Positions 1 through 9,295 are shown, counted from the first letter of the stretch. The stretch is 25,765 nt of DNA from an uncultured archaeon (GCA_964347045.1 CAYFXC010000028.1:1-25765), one strand, 5' to 3'. Made by a program: numbers and translations. Notes: generated from the sequence alone by a model not told the origin.

Positions 1-1113
1 GAGTGGTCTGAGCTAGGAGAACGTGTGGAAAGGCAAGCACAGAAATCCCTAGATGGAAGACACAAGATAAGCGCAAGGACGGGATTTCTCCGAGCCTCCA
101 ACTACTATCGAACAGCTGAGTATGGAACTCCGCCTGACCATCCACTATTTCATGTCTTATGGCGGAAGAGTGTTGATACCTTCGCTAAGGCAAGTGCTCT
201 GTTTGACCCACCAATTCAGAGAGTCGAGATCGAATTCGAAAGCAAGAAATTACCTGGCTATTTCTGGAAGCCTGACAATTCCGATAATCCCCGCCCCACG
301 CTAATCGTAGCTGGTGGTAATGACACTTCATTAGAAGAGCTGGTCTTTCTATGCGGTTTTGATGCAGTACAGCGAGGATACAACTTCTTTGCTTTTGAGC
401 ATCATGGCCATCGAGGTGCAGTCCACCTATACAAGGACTTCGTCAAACAGGCAGACTATGAGACCGTCTATGGTGTTGCATTAGATTGGTTGACGCAACA
501 ACCAGGAGTTGATGACCGGATCGCACTTACTGGTTTCAGTTTTGGTGGCTATGTAGCTGCTAGAGTTGCAACTTATGAGAAGAGAATCAAGGCGGTTATT
601 CCGAGTAGTCCATTGATTGACCTTGACACTATGACCCGGGCCTTCTGGATGGCGATTCCAAAATGGGTTCCAGACAGGCTGATAGGCTGGGCCTTCAAGA
701 GAGCCATGAAGAAGTCGCCCCTGCGAAAAGCTCTGAAGGAGTACTCCGACTGGACTACTGGGCTCTTTGGAATTGTCTTCACATCAATAGAGGAGAAACT
801 AGCTGTTGCGAAGGACTGGAAGATCCCCCTTGAGGACCTTGCCACTACGGAGTGTGCAGTGTTGGGTCTAGTAAGTGATCGCGAGGGTGAAGAGCTGCTT
901 CGACAGGCCTATCAGTACATAGACACAATCTCATCCGAGACAAAGAGCCTGTACATATTATCTCTCGAAAAGGATGGGTCTGATGACCACTGTCAACTGG
1001 ACAACAGAATTCGGGCGAATCAAGTCATGTTCGATTGGCTCGACGAAGTTTTTGGGCATTCAATTGATCCAACGGAACTAGGTGCTGTCACTGAATCTGT
1101 TCTACGCCTGTAG
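1..1113 (+). CDS. Alpha/beta-fold hydrolase (2,6-dihydropseudooxynicotine hydrolase / FrsA-like family), 5'-truncated
   Basis: GxSxG nucleophile elbow (GFSFGG), RASNYYRTAE N-terminal motif and DDHCQ catalytic His region. The frame is open from base 1 (EWSELGERVER...), so the true start lies outside the window. Confidence 0.85.
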   Translation, partial: EWSELGERVERQAQKSLDGRHKISARTGFLRASNYYRTAEYGTPPDHPLFHVLWRKSVDTFAKASALFDPPIQRVEIEFESKKLPGYFWKPDNSDNPRPTLIVAGGNDTSLEELVFLCGFDAVQRGYNFFAFEHHGHRGAVHLYKDFVKQADYETVYGVALDWLTQQPGVDDRIALTGFSFGGYVAARVATYEKRIKAVIPSSPLIDLDTMTRAFWMAIPKWVPDRLIGWAFKRAMKKSPLRKALKEYSDWTTGLFGIVFTSIEEKLAVAKDWKIPLEDLATTECAVLGLVSDREGEELLRQAYQYIDTISSETKSLYILSLEKDGSDDHCQLDNRIRANQVMFDWLDEVFGHSIDPTELGAVTESVLRL

Positions 1114-1331
1114 TCTCAATCTCTCTCCGCCAAGAATTCATCATTGTTGTTCGTCAGATAACGGGTGATAAAGGTGAGGCTGTGGAGTTCATCTGGAATA
1201 ATTATCGCTTTACATAAGGCTATAACCAGAAAAAAACCAAAAAGATAATTCGCGTTCGATGTAGCATAGCAATGTGTCCCGCTGAAATCTGATTGTACAC
1301 AGGCTTGTGATGGTTCCACGCTAATAAATTG

Positions 1332-2684
1332 TCATATTCCAGAAGGTGGAAAGCCATCAGCTTCACCAAGTGTTGTTATCGCTTGATTCTCTAAATCCTC
1401 ATCCCGTTGCTTTTCAGCATTCCAAAAGAACACTGTGTAAAGAATTGTTTGCACTCCATACAATCCCAGAGTTAGCCAGAAGGGTATCAGGTATAGTTCC
1501 TGATCGAATAAGTATCCGGCAAATTGAACGCTAGTGGCGCGACCTACACTCATTGCCGAGCTATTTAGGGCTTGAAGATTCGGTCGCCAAGAACTTGGAA
1601 CGAGTTCCATGCGCAATGTCTGACCAATTGGCATGGCCGCATTCATTAATGCGCCTCTGAGCAAATAACTCACAATGGCAACAACTGGGTTAACCACCAT
1701 AGCAAGTAGTATGATGAAGGGTAAGGAGAGCGCTTGGGTGATTGCTACCGATGGAACTTTACCAATACGAACAGCTAGAATCGGTGACAATAGTACTCCT
1801 GTCGCCATGGTTGCCTGCCCAAATCCTATGATGATTCCAACCATATACGTTGGTAGATTATAAAACTCCCAGAAGAAGACGTTGATCAAGGGGACAATAA
1901 GCCCCGCACCCAGCCCTATTAATATGGAACAAATAATGAATCGTATAACAATGTTGATTCGACCTTTTGGTTCACCTGAATCTGCAAGGTCGCCTTTCTT
2001 TTTCATCACATCTTCTGATGTTGCTTTTGATTGTATATCCTTTAGCCAAAGAAGAGGAACAATCCCTATCACACTGGACAACACCCAAATGAGAAGAGAA
2101 AGTTGAAAGGTAATCGGGCTATCCAAAGGAACAACTAGCCATATAGCAAATAGTCCCGGTAGAAATCCCCCCAAGAGACTTCCAAAAAAACTACTACTAA
2201 TCCGTGAGGCTTGAGATGTCCCAAACAAATGAGTACGCTCATAGGAAGAACTACTCCGTGCCATCAACGGACTATACGAAGTTATCGATAAACTGTTCCC
2301 GAAATAAAAAACCACCATCATCATATAAAGTATTCCTGGAAATGGAAGTGTTATGAGTGTCCCTGCAGCTATTGCCATAATAATGCTGGACAAAATCATT
2401 GCATACTTTTCGCCTATACGAGTAGTGTAGGGACCAGCCAATAAGGCTCCAACCGCCATTGTATACAATCCTAGGGATAAGAGCCCAGCCACAAAAGCAA
2501 TTGAATATCCTAGTGATAACAGGTACAAATTAAAAATGGCTTGATAGATACCAAATCCAAGCCGAGTAATTGCTTGGCTCACTATAACTCGTTTGGCATC
2601 TGGAGTGAACCTACGAACTCGCTGCCAATAAGCATCTGCTTCAGAACTAAGACTTCGCGAGAGGTTCACCGATTGATCCTCCAT
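1332..2684 (-). CDS. MFS transporter (paralog 1)
   Basis: About 12 hydrophobic segments and motif-A-like loops (GPYTTRIGEK, PILAVRIGK). Start moved from 2819 to ATG 2684 (MEDQSV), which is preceded by GGTG; the paralog's N-terminus also supports this. Confidence 0.88.
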   Translation of the reverse strand: MEDQSVNLSRSLSSEADAYWQRVRRFTPDAKRVIVSQAITRLGFGIYQAIFNLYLLSLGYSIAFVAGLLSLGLYTMAVGALLAGPYTTRIGEKYAMILSSIIMAIAAGTLITLPFPGILYMMMVVFYFGNSLSITSYSPLMARSSSSYERTHLFGTSQASRISSSFFGSLLGGFLPGLFAIWLVVPLDSPITFQLSLLIWVLSSVIGIVPLLWLKDIQSKATSEDVMKKKGDLADSGEPKGRINIVIRFIICSILIGLGAGLIVPLINVFFWEFYNLPTYMVGIIIGFGQATMATGVLLSPILAVRIGKVPSVAITQALSLPFIILLAMVVNPVVAIVSYLLRGALMNAAMPIGQTLRMELVPSSWRPNLQALNSSAMSVGRATSVQFAGYLFDQELYLIPFWLTLGLYGVQTILYTVFFWNAEKQRDEDLENQAITTLGEADGFPPSGI

Positions 2685-2776
2685 AGCACCAGAAAATTGA
2701 GGATGCATCCACGTATTCTTATGACGGTGGTTCGATTCAGCCTCGTTTTGGAAGTAATAAAAGTTTGTGAAGGGAT

Positions 2777-2802
2777 AAGAAAAAAGAAGATGCGACGTCG
2801 CA
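2777..2802 (-). terminator. Putative terminator of the padR-DUF5320 unit
   Basis: Perfect palindrome TGCGACGTCGCA (2791-2802) followed on the minus strand by TCTTCTTTTTTCTT, about 30 nt after the stop at 2835. Confidence 0.5.
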
Positions 2803-2834
2803 ACACTCAAAGGGCCCATGTATTTATGTTTGCG

Positions 2835-3038
2835 TTAGGCTCCTTTCTTCTCTTCTTTTTCAAGTTCGGATATTTGTTCGTCGATTTGCTCGATGTAGTC
2901 TTCAAGTCGTGCCTTCATGGCTTCAAGTCCCTTGATTTGGGCCTTTTTACTTGGTTCGTAGCCAGGGCCGCAGCACATCGCACTCATAAACGGTGCCATT
3001 TTCATGAAACCCTGATGATATCCTTTAGGTCCACACAT
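2835..3038 (-). CDS. Small DUF5320-like protein (Cys/Gly-rich N-terminus, C-terminal coiled coil)
   Basis: 67 aa with MCGP...MCCGPGY followed by the heptad helix LEAMKARLEDYIEQIDEQISELEK. Strong RBS GAGGTGA upstream; 13 nt from the padR stop. Confidence 0.7.
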   Translation of the reverse strand: MCGPKGYHQGFMKMAPFMSAMCCGPGYEPSKKAQIKGLEAMKARLEDYIEQIDEQISELEKEEKKGA

Positions 3039-3051
3039 AGCTGATTCACCT

Positions 3052-3624
3052 CTACTCCGATTTATCAGAGCTCTTCAAGTCGGTGAGCCTTTGCTCCACC
3101 CATTTCAGTTCTCGTTCAAGGTGTTTGCGATACTGTTTCAAAAAACGAAGATGACGCGGTGAACAATGTCCAGTTTTGAAATCACTTTGCATTTTCATGA
3201 CCATTATTGCTATTGGGCTCTGTTCTCTCATACTCCAATCTAATAAGTCGTCTTGAACTTCACTATTCATGCTCGTCCCCAGAAATCGCCAAAAATGGTC
3301 TTGCACTTGAAATTCTGAGCGGAGGTTGTGAAAGGCTTCGCGTAACATCTTTTTTCCTTTGGGTGTCAACTTGTACTCTACTGCATCAGGTCGATCAATT
3401 TGAGTAACACGTTTACTCGATACTAGTCCCTTTTCAGCCATTCTGTGGAGTGCAGGATACACTGTTCCGCTTTTAAGTCGCCAGCTTCCGAGTTTCCCTT
3501 GCAATCCTTGCAATACCCCATATCCGTGTGTTGGGCCACGGTTGAGAAAGGCTAGAATGATGAACTCGACTTGGCTGATGCGTCCTTCGCTGGTGTTGAT
3601 GTGCCTTCTGCCACAGAATGCCAT
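3052..3624 (-). CDS. PadR-family transcriptional regulator
   Basis: ILAFLNRGPTHGYGVL...SGTVYPALHRM...YKLTPKGK is the PadR wHTH signature; RBS GGTGA at 3632-3636. Confidence 0.92.
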   Translation of the reverse strand: MAFCGRRHINTSEGRISQVEFIILAFLNRGPTHGYGVLQGLQGKLGSWRLKSGTVYPALHRMAEKGLVSSKRVTQIDRPDAVEYKLTPKGKKMLREAFHNLRSEFQVQDHFWRFLGTSMNSEVQDDLLDWSMREQSPIAIMVMKMQSDFKTGHCSPRHLRFLKQYRKHLERELKWVEQRLTDLKSSDKSE

Positions 3625-3678
3625 TATGTAGTCACCTACTTATGTAGAACTCTACTCAGCTATGTAGAAGCCTACATA
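3625..3678. promoter_or_regulatory. Three tandem palindromic operators TATGTAG-N4-CTAC(ATA) over the padR promoter/leader
   Basis: TATGTAGtcacCTACt (3625-3640), TATGTAGaactCTACt (3641-3656) and TATGTAGaagcCTACATA (3661-3678, perfect). The minus-strand TATA-like TTTTATAT (~3676-3683) abuts copy 3. Confidence 0.8.
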
Positions 3679-3953
3679 TAAAAATATTCTTTCACTATCG
3701 CTTCTTATGATTTAACGCTATCGTTTTCAGTTAATTACGAAAATCCTTGACTTCTTTTGGTGCGTTAGAATATCCATAAATAGTTGGGTTGGCGATAATT
3801 CCTTTGAAGCTCCTTATTGCTGCGGCAACGGGTACAGGTATATTCAACGCAATTCTAGCGGGTAACTTAAGAAATACTCCGAGCGGAGAAATTTCCTAGT
3901 TTTCTGTTTATGCCGGAAGGCTTTGAGGAGCAAAATATGAGGTTTAAAGAAAA

Positions 3954-6194
3954 ATGCGTCGAAAATTTCTATCTCTTACAACTCTCCTACTAGCACTAAC
4001 GCTTTTACAAGTAAGTACGCCATTCAGTTTTGCAACCTTTATGCCCGGATACTATAATTCAACCGTAGCCTCCGTTTCAATGGATCCGATACCTGTAGAC
4101 ACCTTAACCATGCTTACATTCAATTCAACGTATGATTCGCAAGTTTACGCGCTATTAGTATCGAATCCAACACAGTTCAGTTTCAATATGTCCTTATACG
4201 TTGATTCCGCGCCACCCGGTCCATTCACATCCGTTTATTTTAACGTCAATCTTCGCGGGAGTGGCACCGAATACATTCCACACCTCAATCAACAACTCTT
4301 TGAAGTCAACCAATTCTGGTCTGACAACTGGTGGTGGCTAACACTCGGTTATTCTGATACCAGTTATACCGAGTTTTTGACAATCCAGTCTGGTTGGCTA
4401 ATCCTCGAATTTGATTTCGATTGGGATGATCCCACTGACCAGCTAAGTGTGAACTTCACACTAAGTCAGCTTTATGATTTAGATACAGCACAGTCCTTTA
4501 TGTGGGATCAAGATATTCTAACAAGCTGGCAAGACGATATGGAATGGGAAGCTTGTACGTTCATGCTTCCTGAAGCCAATTTATACAATGTATCTTTATA
4601 TGGAGAAATGGATTACACAACGACTGGTAGCTGGGGTGGAAATCTCAATTTTCAACCCTTCATGGATGTTGATTTTCTCGATCGTACTTATGGATCTCTT
4701 CTCCCGATTGACACGTACAATCCTTCGTTTGCTATACCTGCGGGTGCTGGTTCAGGGAACGCTAATTGGACCTACTGGGAACTCTACAAACTAGCACCAG
4801 ATGACTACTATCTCTTTGGACAAATTGGAACATTCGAATACCTCAACAGCAGTTCTGTATCTCTTCAAATGAATATCGAACCCCTCGGTATGTCAATGCT
4901 TGAAATTAACCAAACGATTAATCTCAGTTTCGATAGTACACCAACCGGGTCTCTTGCATATGTTGGTATTCACGCCCCACAAATGTACACCTATGAATTA
5001 TACTTTGATAATCACATTGGGGCCAACTGGTCTGTTGATTGTGTCGATGTGGATACAGGATGGCTTCCACCTACCTACGCCTATTATGAAGATGCTTCAT
5101 CGTACACGATTTTTGAAAATCGATTAGAAAATAGCTTTGTATTTTCCATACCAATGATGGATCCTACTCCAACGTCATCAATACTTGGAAATGAGTATCT
5201 TGAAGCATACGTGTTTGGGGGCACCAATGTTGCCTACATTAATGGCTCTGCTACAGGCGCGACATTTGCTCCAGGTGGCTATCAAAATACCTTTGATACT
5301 TTTTACATCCAAATCATCGCATCACCGTTTGGAGGAACACCAACTTCCGAGTTCAATATTACCTTCAACTTCGAAGCATATAATGTTGCCAACCTTCTAC
5401 CGAGTGGGGCTACCTTTGCAATCAATCAGACTATCGGACCTTTCTACCAAGCTTTTGCTCTCCCAGTGATTAGCGGCTTCGAATATGACTTGACAGTTTG
5501 GGCATCAGATTACAACAACTCAGGTGTTGTAGGGATCTTCTTGGCGCCCGTTTCTCAATTTTACCTAGATTGGCAGTGGATGGGATGGGTTCCGCTTTAT
5601 CAGACGACTCCACCAGGCTTGATACCAATGCAGGTAACAAATGTAAATGAAACTGCTGGGCTGAAGTTCATCGCAGTGCGAACCACAACCTTGTTTTTTG
5701 GACTGATGGGTGTGTCTATGAGTGGACCACCTCCAAGTGATACGACCGAAGTCACTGCCAACATTACGGAATCAGCTCCGCCATTCTATGCCCTGGGTAC
5801 CGTCGTTACTGAAACAATACAGGATACAGATTTGACTGTGTACAGTGTGAGCATCGTTGCAGGAACTAGCTATCGTCTCAGCCTCTCACTTAATGTGGGT
5901 GGTAGTTATGCACTTTGCTCCGTCTTTGATGGGTTCGGTTATACACCCTTTGATGCCAGTCTGTTTACACTTTATCTTGAAACAAGTAGTAGTTATCTCA
6001 ATTCCTCCATCACCTATCAAGCTCTGACCAGTGGACCTGTGACCATCTTTCTAATTGGACGTGGAACAGTTTCCTTCAGCCTTACACCTATTGGTGAAGC
6101 ACCAGGTTCTTTCGTGCTAGGACTAATGATTGGACTTATTTTCATGATTGTAGGAGTCATTATCGTCTATGTCGTCATGAGACGAAGATTCTAA
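3954..6194 (+). CDS. Secreted, C-terminally membrane-anchored cell-surface glycoprotein of unknown function
   Basis: Signal peptide MRRKFLSLTTLLLALTLL. The body is T/S/N/aromatic-rich with almost no Lys/Arg and about 17 NxS/T sequons (manual count). C-terminal PGSF + hydrophobic helix + RRRF. Confidence 0.85.
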   Translation: MRRKFLSLTTLLLALTLLQVSTPFSFATFMPGYYNSTVASVSMDPIPVDTLTMLTFNSTYDSQVYALLVSNPTQFSFNMSLYVDSAPPGPFTSVYFNVNLRGSGTEYIPHLNQQLFEVNQFWSDNWWWLTLGYSDTSYTEFLTIQSGWLILEFDFDWDDPTDQLSVNFTLSQLYDLDTAQSFMWDQDILTSWQDDMEWEACTFMLPEANLYNVSLYGEMDYTTTGSWGGNLNFQPFMDVDFLDRTYGSLLPIDTYNPSFAIPAGAGSGNANWTYWELYKLAPDDYYLFGQIGTFEYLNSSSVSLQMNIEPLGMSMLEINQTINLSFDSTPTGSLAYVGIHAPQMYTYELYFDNHIGANWSVDCVDVDTGWLPPTYAYYEDASSYTIFENRLENSFVFSIPMMDPTPTSSILGNEYLEAYVFGGTNVAYINGSATGATFAPGGYQNTFDTFYIQIIASPFGGTPTSEFNITFNFEAYNVANLLPSGATFAINQTIGPFYQAFALPVISGFEYDLTVWASDYNNSGVVGIFLAPVSQFYLDWQWMGWVPLYQTTPPGLIPMQVTNVNETAGLKFIAVRTTTLFFGLMGVSMSGPPPSDTTEVTANITESAPPFYALGTVVTETIQDTDLTVYSVSIVAGTSYRLSLSLNVGGSYALCSVFDGFGYTPFDASLFTLYLETSSSYLNSSITYQALTSGPVTIFLIGRGTVSFSLTPIGEAPGSFVLGLMIGLIFMIVGVIIVYVVMRRRF

Positions 6195-6206
6195 CTCACT
6201 TCATTC

Positions 6207-6257
6207 ACCGGGCTAACGGAGTAGCCGTCCTGCTCAGCCCGGTTCCTTATTTTTTTT
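6207..6257 (+). terminator. Hairpin + T-tract between convergent genes
   Basis: Stem ACCGGGCT (6207-6214) / AGCCCGGT (6236-6243) enclosing an inner ACGG/CCGT stem, followed by TATTTTTTTT. Confidence 0.6.
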
Positions 6258-6262
6258 GGGTT

Positions 6263-7555
6263 TTATTGGGTCCTAACCTGGTTTGGGAGTCTGCGTTTCT
6301 GTTGTTTTTTTTCGATCTTCCAGAAGAAGCCTGCGTATAGTACGGTGGAAACCGAATAGCTGGTCAAAGTAAACCAAAATGGAATCAAAAATAAGCCTTG
6401 ATCAAAGAGTGGTCCTGTAATGAGGGTGCTAATAGCCCAAGGGAAGTTCCAGGCAAAGGAGGATACAGCACTCATTTGGGGGCGATACAGTTCAGGTGTC
6501 AACTCCATTCTTAATGCTTGGTCAACAGGTCCGCTTGCATTCATGAGCACCACTCGAAAGATATAGCTTGCGATGGCTACATATGGATTGATGATTGTGG
6601 CAATGAGAAAAAGGAATGGTAGGGAAAGACTTTGTGTGACGAGAACGGTTTTGACTTTTCCGATTCGTGTGGACAAAACTGGAGAAAGAAAAACCCCAGC
6701 TGCAACAGATAGTGACCCGAAGCCTTGAACTAGCCCAACCATGAAGGTTGGAAGATTATAGAATTCCCAGAAGAAAATATTCAGATATGGGATTACAAAT
6801 CCTGCACCTAGACCAATGAATAGATTTACTATGCTGAAGCGGAGGAGAAGGGTTCGTACATTTTTTTGTGTAACGGGCTCTAAGTCTCCAACTTCAGGTT
6901 TAATTTCTGCAACTGGTGGATAATCTCCTTCGCGAACGATTACAAGGGGAATGATGCCAAGGGATAGTGGTAGGGCTTGGACGAGAAGTGCCATTTGGAA
7001 GGTTATAGCGCTATCAAGGGGAAAATTAAAGGTGATTGCAAAGATTCCTGGAAGTAACCCTGCTAGGGTATTAGCGATGAAGGAGCTTAGGATCATTAAA
7101 GAATATGAAGTTCCAAACAGGTGTGTGCGTTCATAGGGTGTACTGCATTTGGTCATGAAGGGGCTAAATGCCACACTAAACATGGCGGCGCCGAGTCCAC
7201 TTAGCATGGCAGTTGTATACAAAATAAGAGGCAGCGGAAATAAAACTTGACTAAGTGAGGCAAGCAGCAGGATGAACGAGGAAAGGATTAGTGATTTTTT
7301 CGTTCCAAATTTTGAAACAAATGATCCCATAATTAGTGAACAGATCGCCATGGTAAAGGCGTTGATTGACATGAGGCTGCCTATGAAAGTGTTACTATAT
7401 CCCAGGCTGATGAGATAGAGGTTGAAGAGAGTTTGGGCAATTCCCCAGCCGAAAGCGCGAAGGACATTGGCTAAAATGAGCTTTTGTGCATTAGGTGTAA
7501 ACTGGCGTATACGCTGCCAATATCCAACAGCATCCTCGCGTAGCATGTTACTCAC
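6263..7555 (-). CDS. MFS transporter (paralog 2)
   Basis: About 12 TM segments with GSFVSKFGTK and PVLSTRIGK loops; GTG start with AGGAG RBS; shares sequence blocks with 1332-2684. Confidence 0.9.
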   Translation of the reverse strand: MSNMLREDAVGYWQRIRQFTPNAQKLILANVLRAFGWGIAQTLFNLYLISLGYSNTFIGSLMSINAFTMAICSLIMGSFVSKFGTKKSLILSSFILLLASLSQVLFPLPLILYTTAMLSGLGAAMFSVAFSPFMTKCSTPYERTHLFGTSYSLMILSSFIANTLAGLLPGIFAITFNFPLDSAITFQMALLVQALPLSLGIIPLVIVREGDYPPVAEIKPEVGDLEPVTQKNVRTLLLRFSIVNLFIGLGAGFVIPYLNIFFWEFYNLPTFMVGLVQGFGSLSVAAGVFLSPVLSTRIGKVKTVLVTQSLSLPFLFLIATIINPYVAIASYIFRVVLMNASGPVDQALRMELTPELYRPQMSAVSSFAWNFPWAISTLITGPLFDQGLFLIPFWFTLTSYSVSTVLYAGFFWKIEKKQQKRRLPNQVRTQ

Positions 7556-7631
7556 GGGTTTCTCCTATAATAGAGAAGTGACCATAGAAAGAGCGTATTT
7601 TAAGCTACTGTCTATAACAAAATCGATGAAT

Positions 7632-8801
7632 CTACAAATCGTATTCTCGAAAAACTTCACGTTGAATCAAATATCGAAGAATTTCGGCTGTTCCTCCTCC
7701 AATTGTCATGAGCCGTGCATCACGAAGGAACCGTTCAACCGGACGTTGTTTTGTATAACCGATTCCTCCTAGCACTTGAAGTGCCTCTGTAGCGGTTTCA
7801 ATAGCTTTCTCACATGCATAGAGTTTTGCAATTGCAGCATCTTTTGTAGCGGGTTTACCTTCATCAATCATTCGTGCTGCTTTGAAGGTAAGCAATCGTG
7901 CTGCTTCAAGTTTCATTGCCATATCTGCAATTTTAAAACTAATACCTTCAAACTCGCGGATCTTCCTACGGAATTGTACCCTATAATTACTATAATGCAC
8001 TGCTTCTTCCATGGCAGCACGAGCAACACCGTTCATTTCTGCAGCAAGGATTGTTCTCTCAGCATCTAATCCTGCCATTACTACACGAAACCCCCCATTC
8101 AAATCTCCAAGGATTTGTTCTTCTGCTACTTCTACATCATTTAAGGCAAGTCGACCTACATGGGCACCATGCATACCTAGGAGCTCATATTCCTCAACTA
8201 CTTCAAAACCCTTCGATTTTGTTTCTACGATAAATGCCGTCATACCCTGTTTAGCTTTCACTTTCGGATCCGTTACAGTATAGCAGAGCAAGTAATCAGC
8301 TACCGGACCATTTGTGATAAATCGTTTTTCTCCATTGATAACATATTTATCGCCGCGTTTTTCAGCTCGTGTTTCTATTCCTGCAACATCACTTCCCACA
8401 TTGGGTTCGGTTATCCCCAAAGCACCGATTTTTTTTCCCTGAGCCACAGGTCTCAAATATTTCTTCTTTTGTTCTACTGTTCCAAATTCGAATACTGGAT
8501 GAGCAAATAGAATACAAGAGGCCACTCTTGCCATATCAAGACCTGCATGCACAGCACAGATTTCCTCAGTAACTAAGACTTCATAAATCAGACCCTTACC
8601 GATCCCTCCATATTCAGGTGGGTATCTAGCTCCTAAGTATCCGGCTTTTCCGAATTTTCGAATTATATCCCATGCCTCAACTTTTCCTTGCTCAATATCC
8701 TCTACAACCGGTGTTAGGGTTTTTTGTACAAAATCTCGAGCATCCGCTTGAAATTTTAGCTCATCATCAGATAAGAACGATAACTTTGTCACAGAAATCA
8801 C
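7632..8801 (-). CDS. Acyl-CoA dehydrogenase (isovaleryl-CoA DH/LCAD-type catalytic layout)
   Basis: GITEPNVGSD, NGEKRFITNG, RVQFRRKI, QVLGGIGY and ERFLRDAR motifs. IGGGTAEI lacks the MCAD-type Glu while GLDAER carries the helix-G Glu. Exact start uncertain (GTG 8801 or 8792). Confidence 0.93.
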   Translation of the reverse strand: MISVTKLSFLSDDELKFQADARDFVQKTLTPVVEDIEQGKVEAWDIIRKFGKAGYLGARYPPEYGGIGKGLIYEVLVTEEICAVHAGLDMARVASCILFAHPVFEFGTVEQKKKYLRPVAQGKKIGALGITEPNVGSDVAGIETRAEKRGDKYVINGEKRFITNGPVADYLLCYTVTDPKVKAKQGMTAFIVETKSKGFEVVEEYELLGMHGAHVGRLALNDVEVAEEQILGDLNGGFRVVMAGLDAERTILAAEMNGVARAAMEEAVHYSNYRVQFRRKIREFEGISFKIADMAMKLEAARLLTFKAARMIDEGKPATKDAAIAKLYACEKAIETATEALQVLGGIGYTKQRPVERFLRDARLMTIGGGTAEILRYLIQREVFREYDL

Positions 8802-8899
8802 ATCGCAGACAATTTCAAAGCCGAAAAATAATAGGCTCTTGTTTTTAAAGTGCTTTGCTACGCACTAAAAACAAATCTAATCAAGCTAAAAAAATTATA

Positions 8900-9295
8900 T
8901 TACTTTTTACGCCTTGATTTATGCAAGGCTGTAACAGCTTGTTGTCGGGTTTGTCTTTTAATTTCCTCAATTTGCTCAATTGCAGGAAGAATGGTGTCTA
9001 CCAAATCACTCTTCGCTTGTATTCCTTCATGGGTAAGGAACGCTACCGCCTCGCTTCGACTTTTAAAAATCTCTAAGGCGATCAAAGCATCGACAATGCG
9101 AAGATCACTATCCCATAGTCGAGTCATTACGATATTATCACGACGTTTAGCCTCAGGCAGATCGCCTTTCATAAAGAGCTGCTTGAGCTCTTCCATTACT
9201 TCTTGCTTTAAAGTTGGGGAGATCGCTAAATCTTCGGATGAAATTGAAGCGGGTGCTGTTTTTCGTTTTGATTTAGCTTTCGTTGATTGGGTCAT
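8900..9295 (-). CDS. Ribbon-helix-helix (CopG/Arc/MetJ-like) domain protein
   Basis: NIVMTRL (beta strand) - DSDLRIVDALIA (helix) - FKSRSEAVAFLTHEGI (helix with the SRSE turn). Confidence 0.7.
   Translation of the reverse strand: MTQSTKAKSKRKTAPASISSEDLAISPTLKQEVMEELKQLFMKGDLPEAKRRDNIVMTRLWDSDLRIVDALIALEIFKSRSEAVAFLTHEGIQAKSDLVDTILPAIEQIEEIKRQTRQQAVTALHKSRRKK

Noticed and set aside
1-1113. Horizontally acquired island edge (the hydrolase looks somewhat more GC-rich by eye)
   Set aside because: Not quantified, and no integrase, IS end, tRNA or direct repeat supports it.
1116-1319. 67-aa minus-strand ORF with a hydrophobic patch
   Set aside because: No RBS or family motif; probably an intergenic chance ORF between convergent genes, although a microprotein cannot be excluded.
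2541-3044. 167-aa + strand ORF and other antisense/alternate-frame ORFs (e.g. 8850-9320, 13662-13979, 18724-19188, 20867-21205)
   Set aside because: They overlap well-supported genes, have no motifs and show shadow-like composition.
3625-3678. Mini-CRISPR array
   Set aside because: Repeats are only 16-18 nt with 0-4 nt between them and there are no cas genes; an operator array fits better.
6207-6243. SECIS element or tRNA
   Set aside because: No in-frame TGA selenoprotein candidate in the flanking genes, no recognisable SECIS core and no cloverleaf/T-loop; treated as a terminator hairpin.
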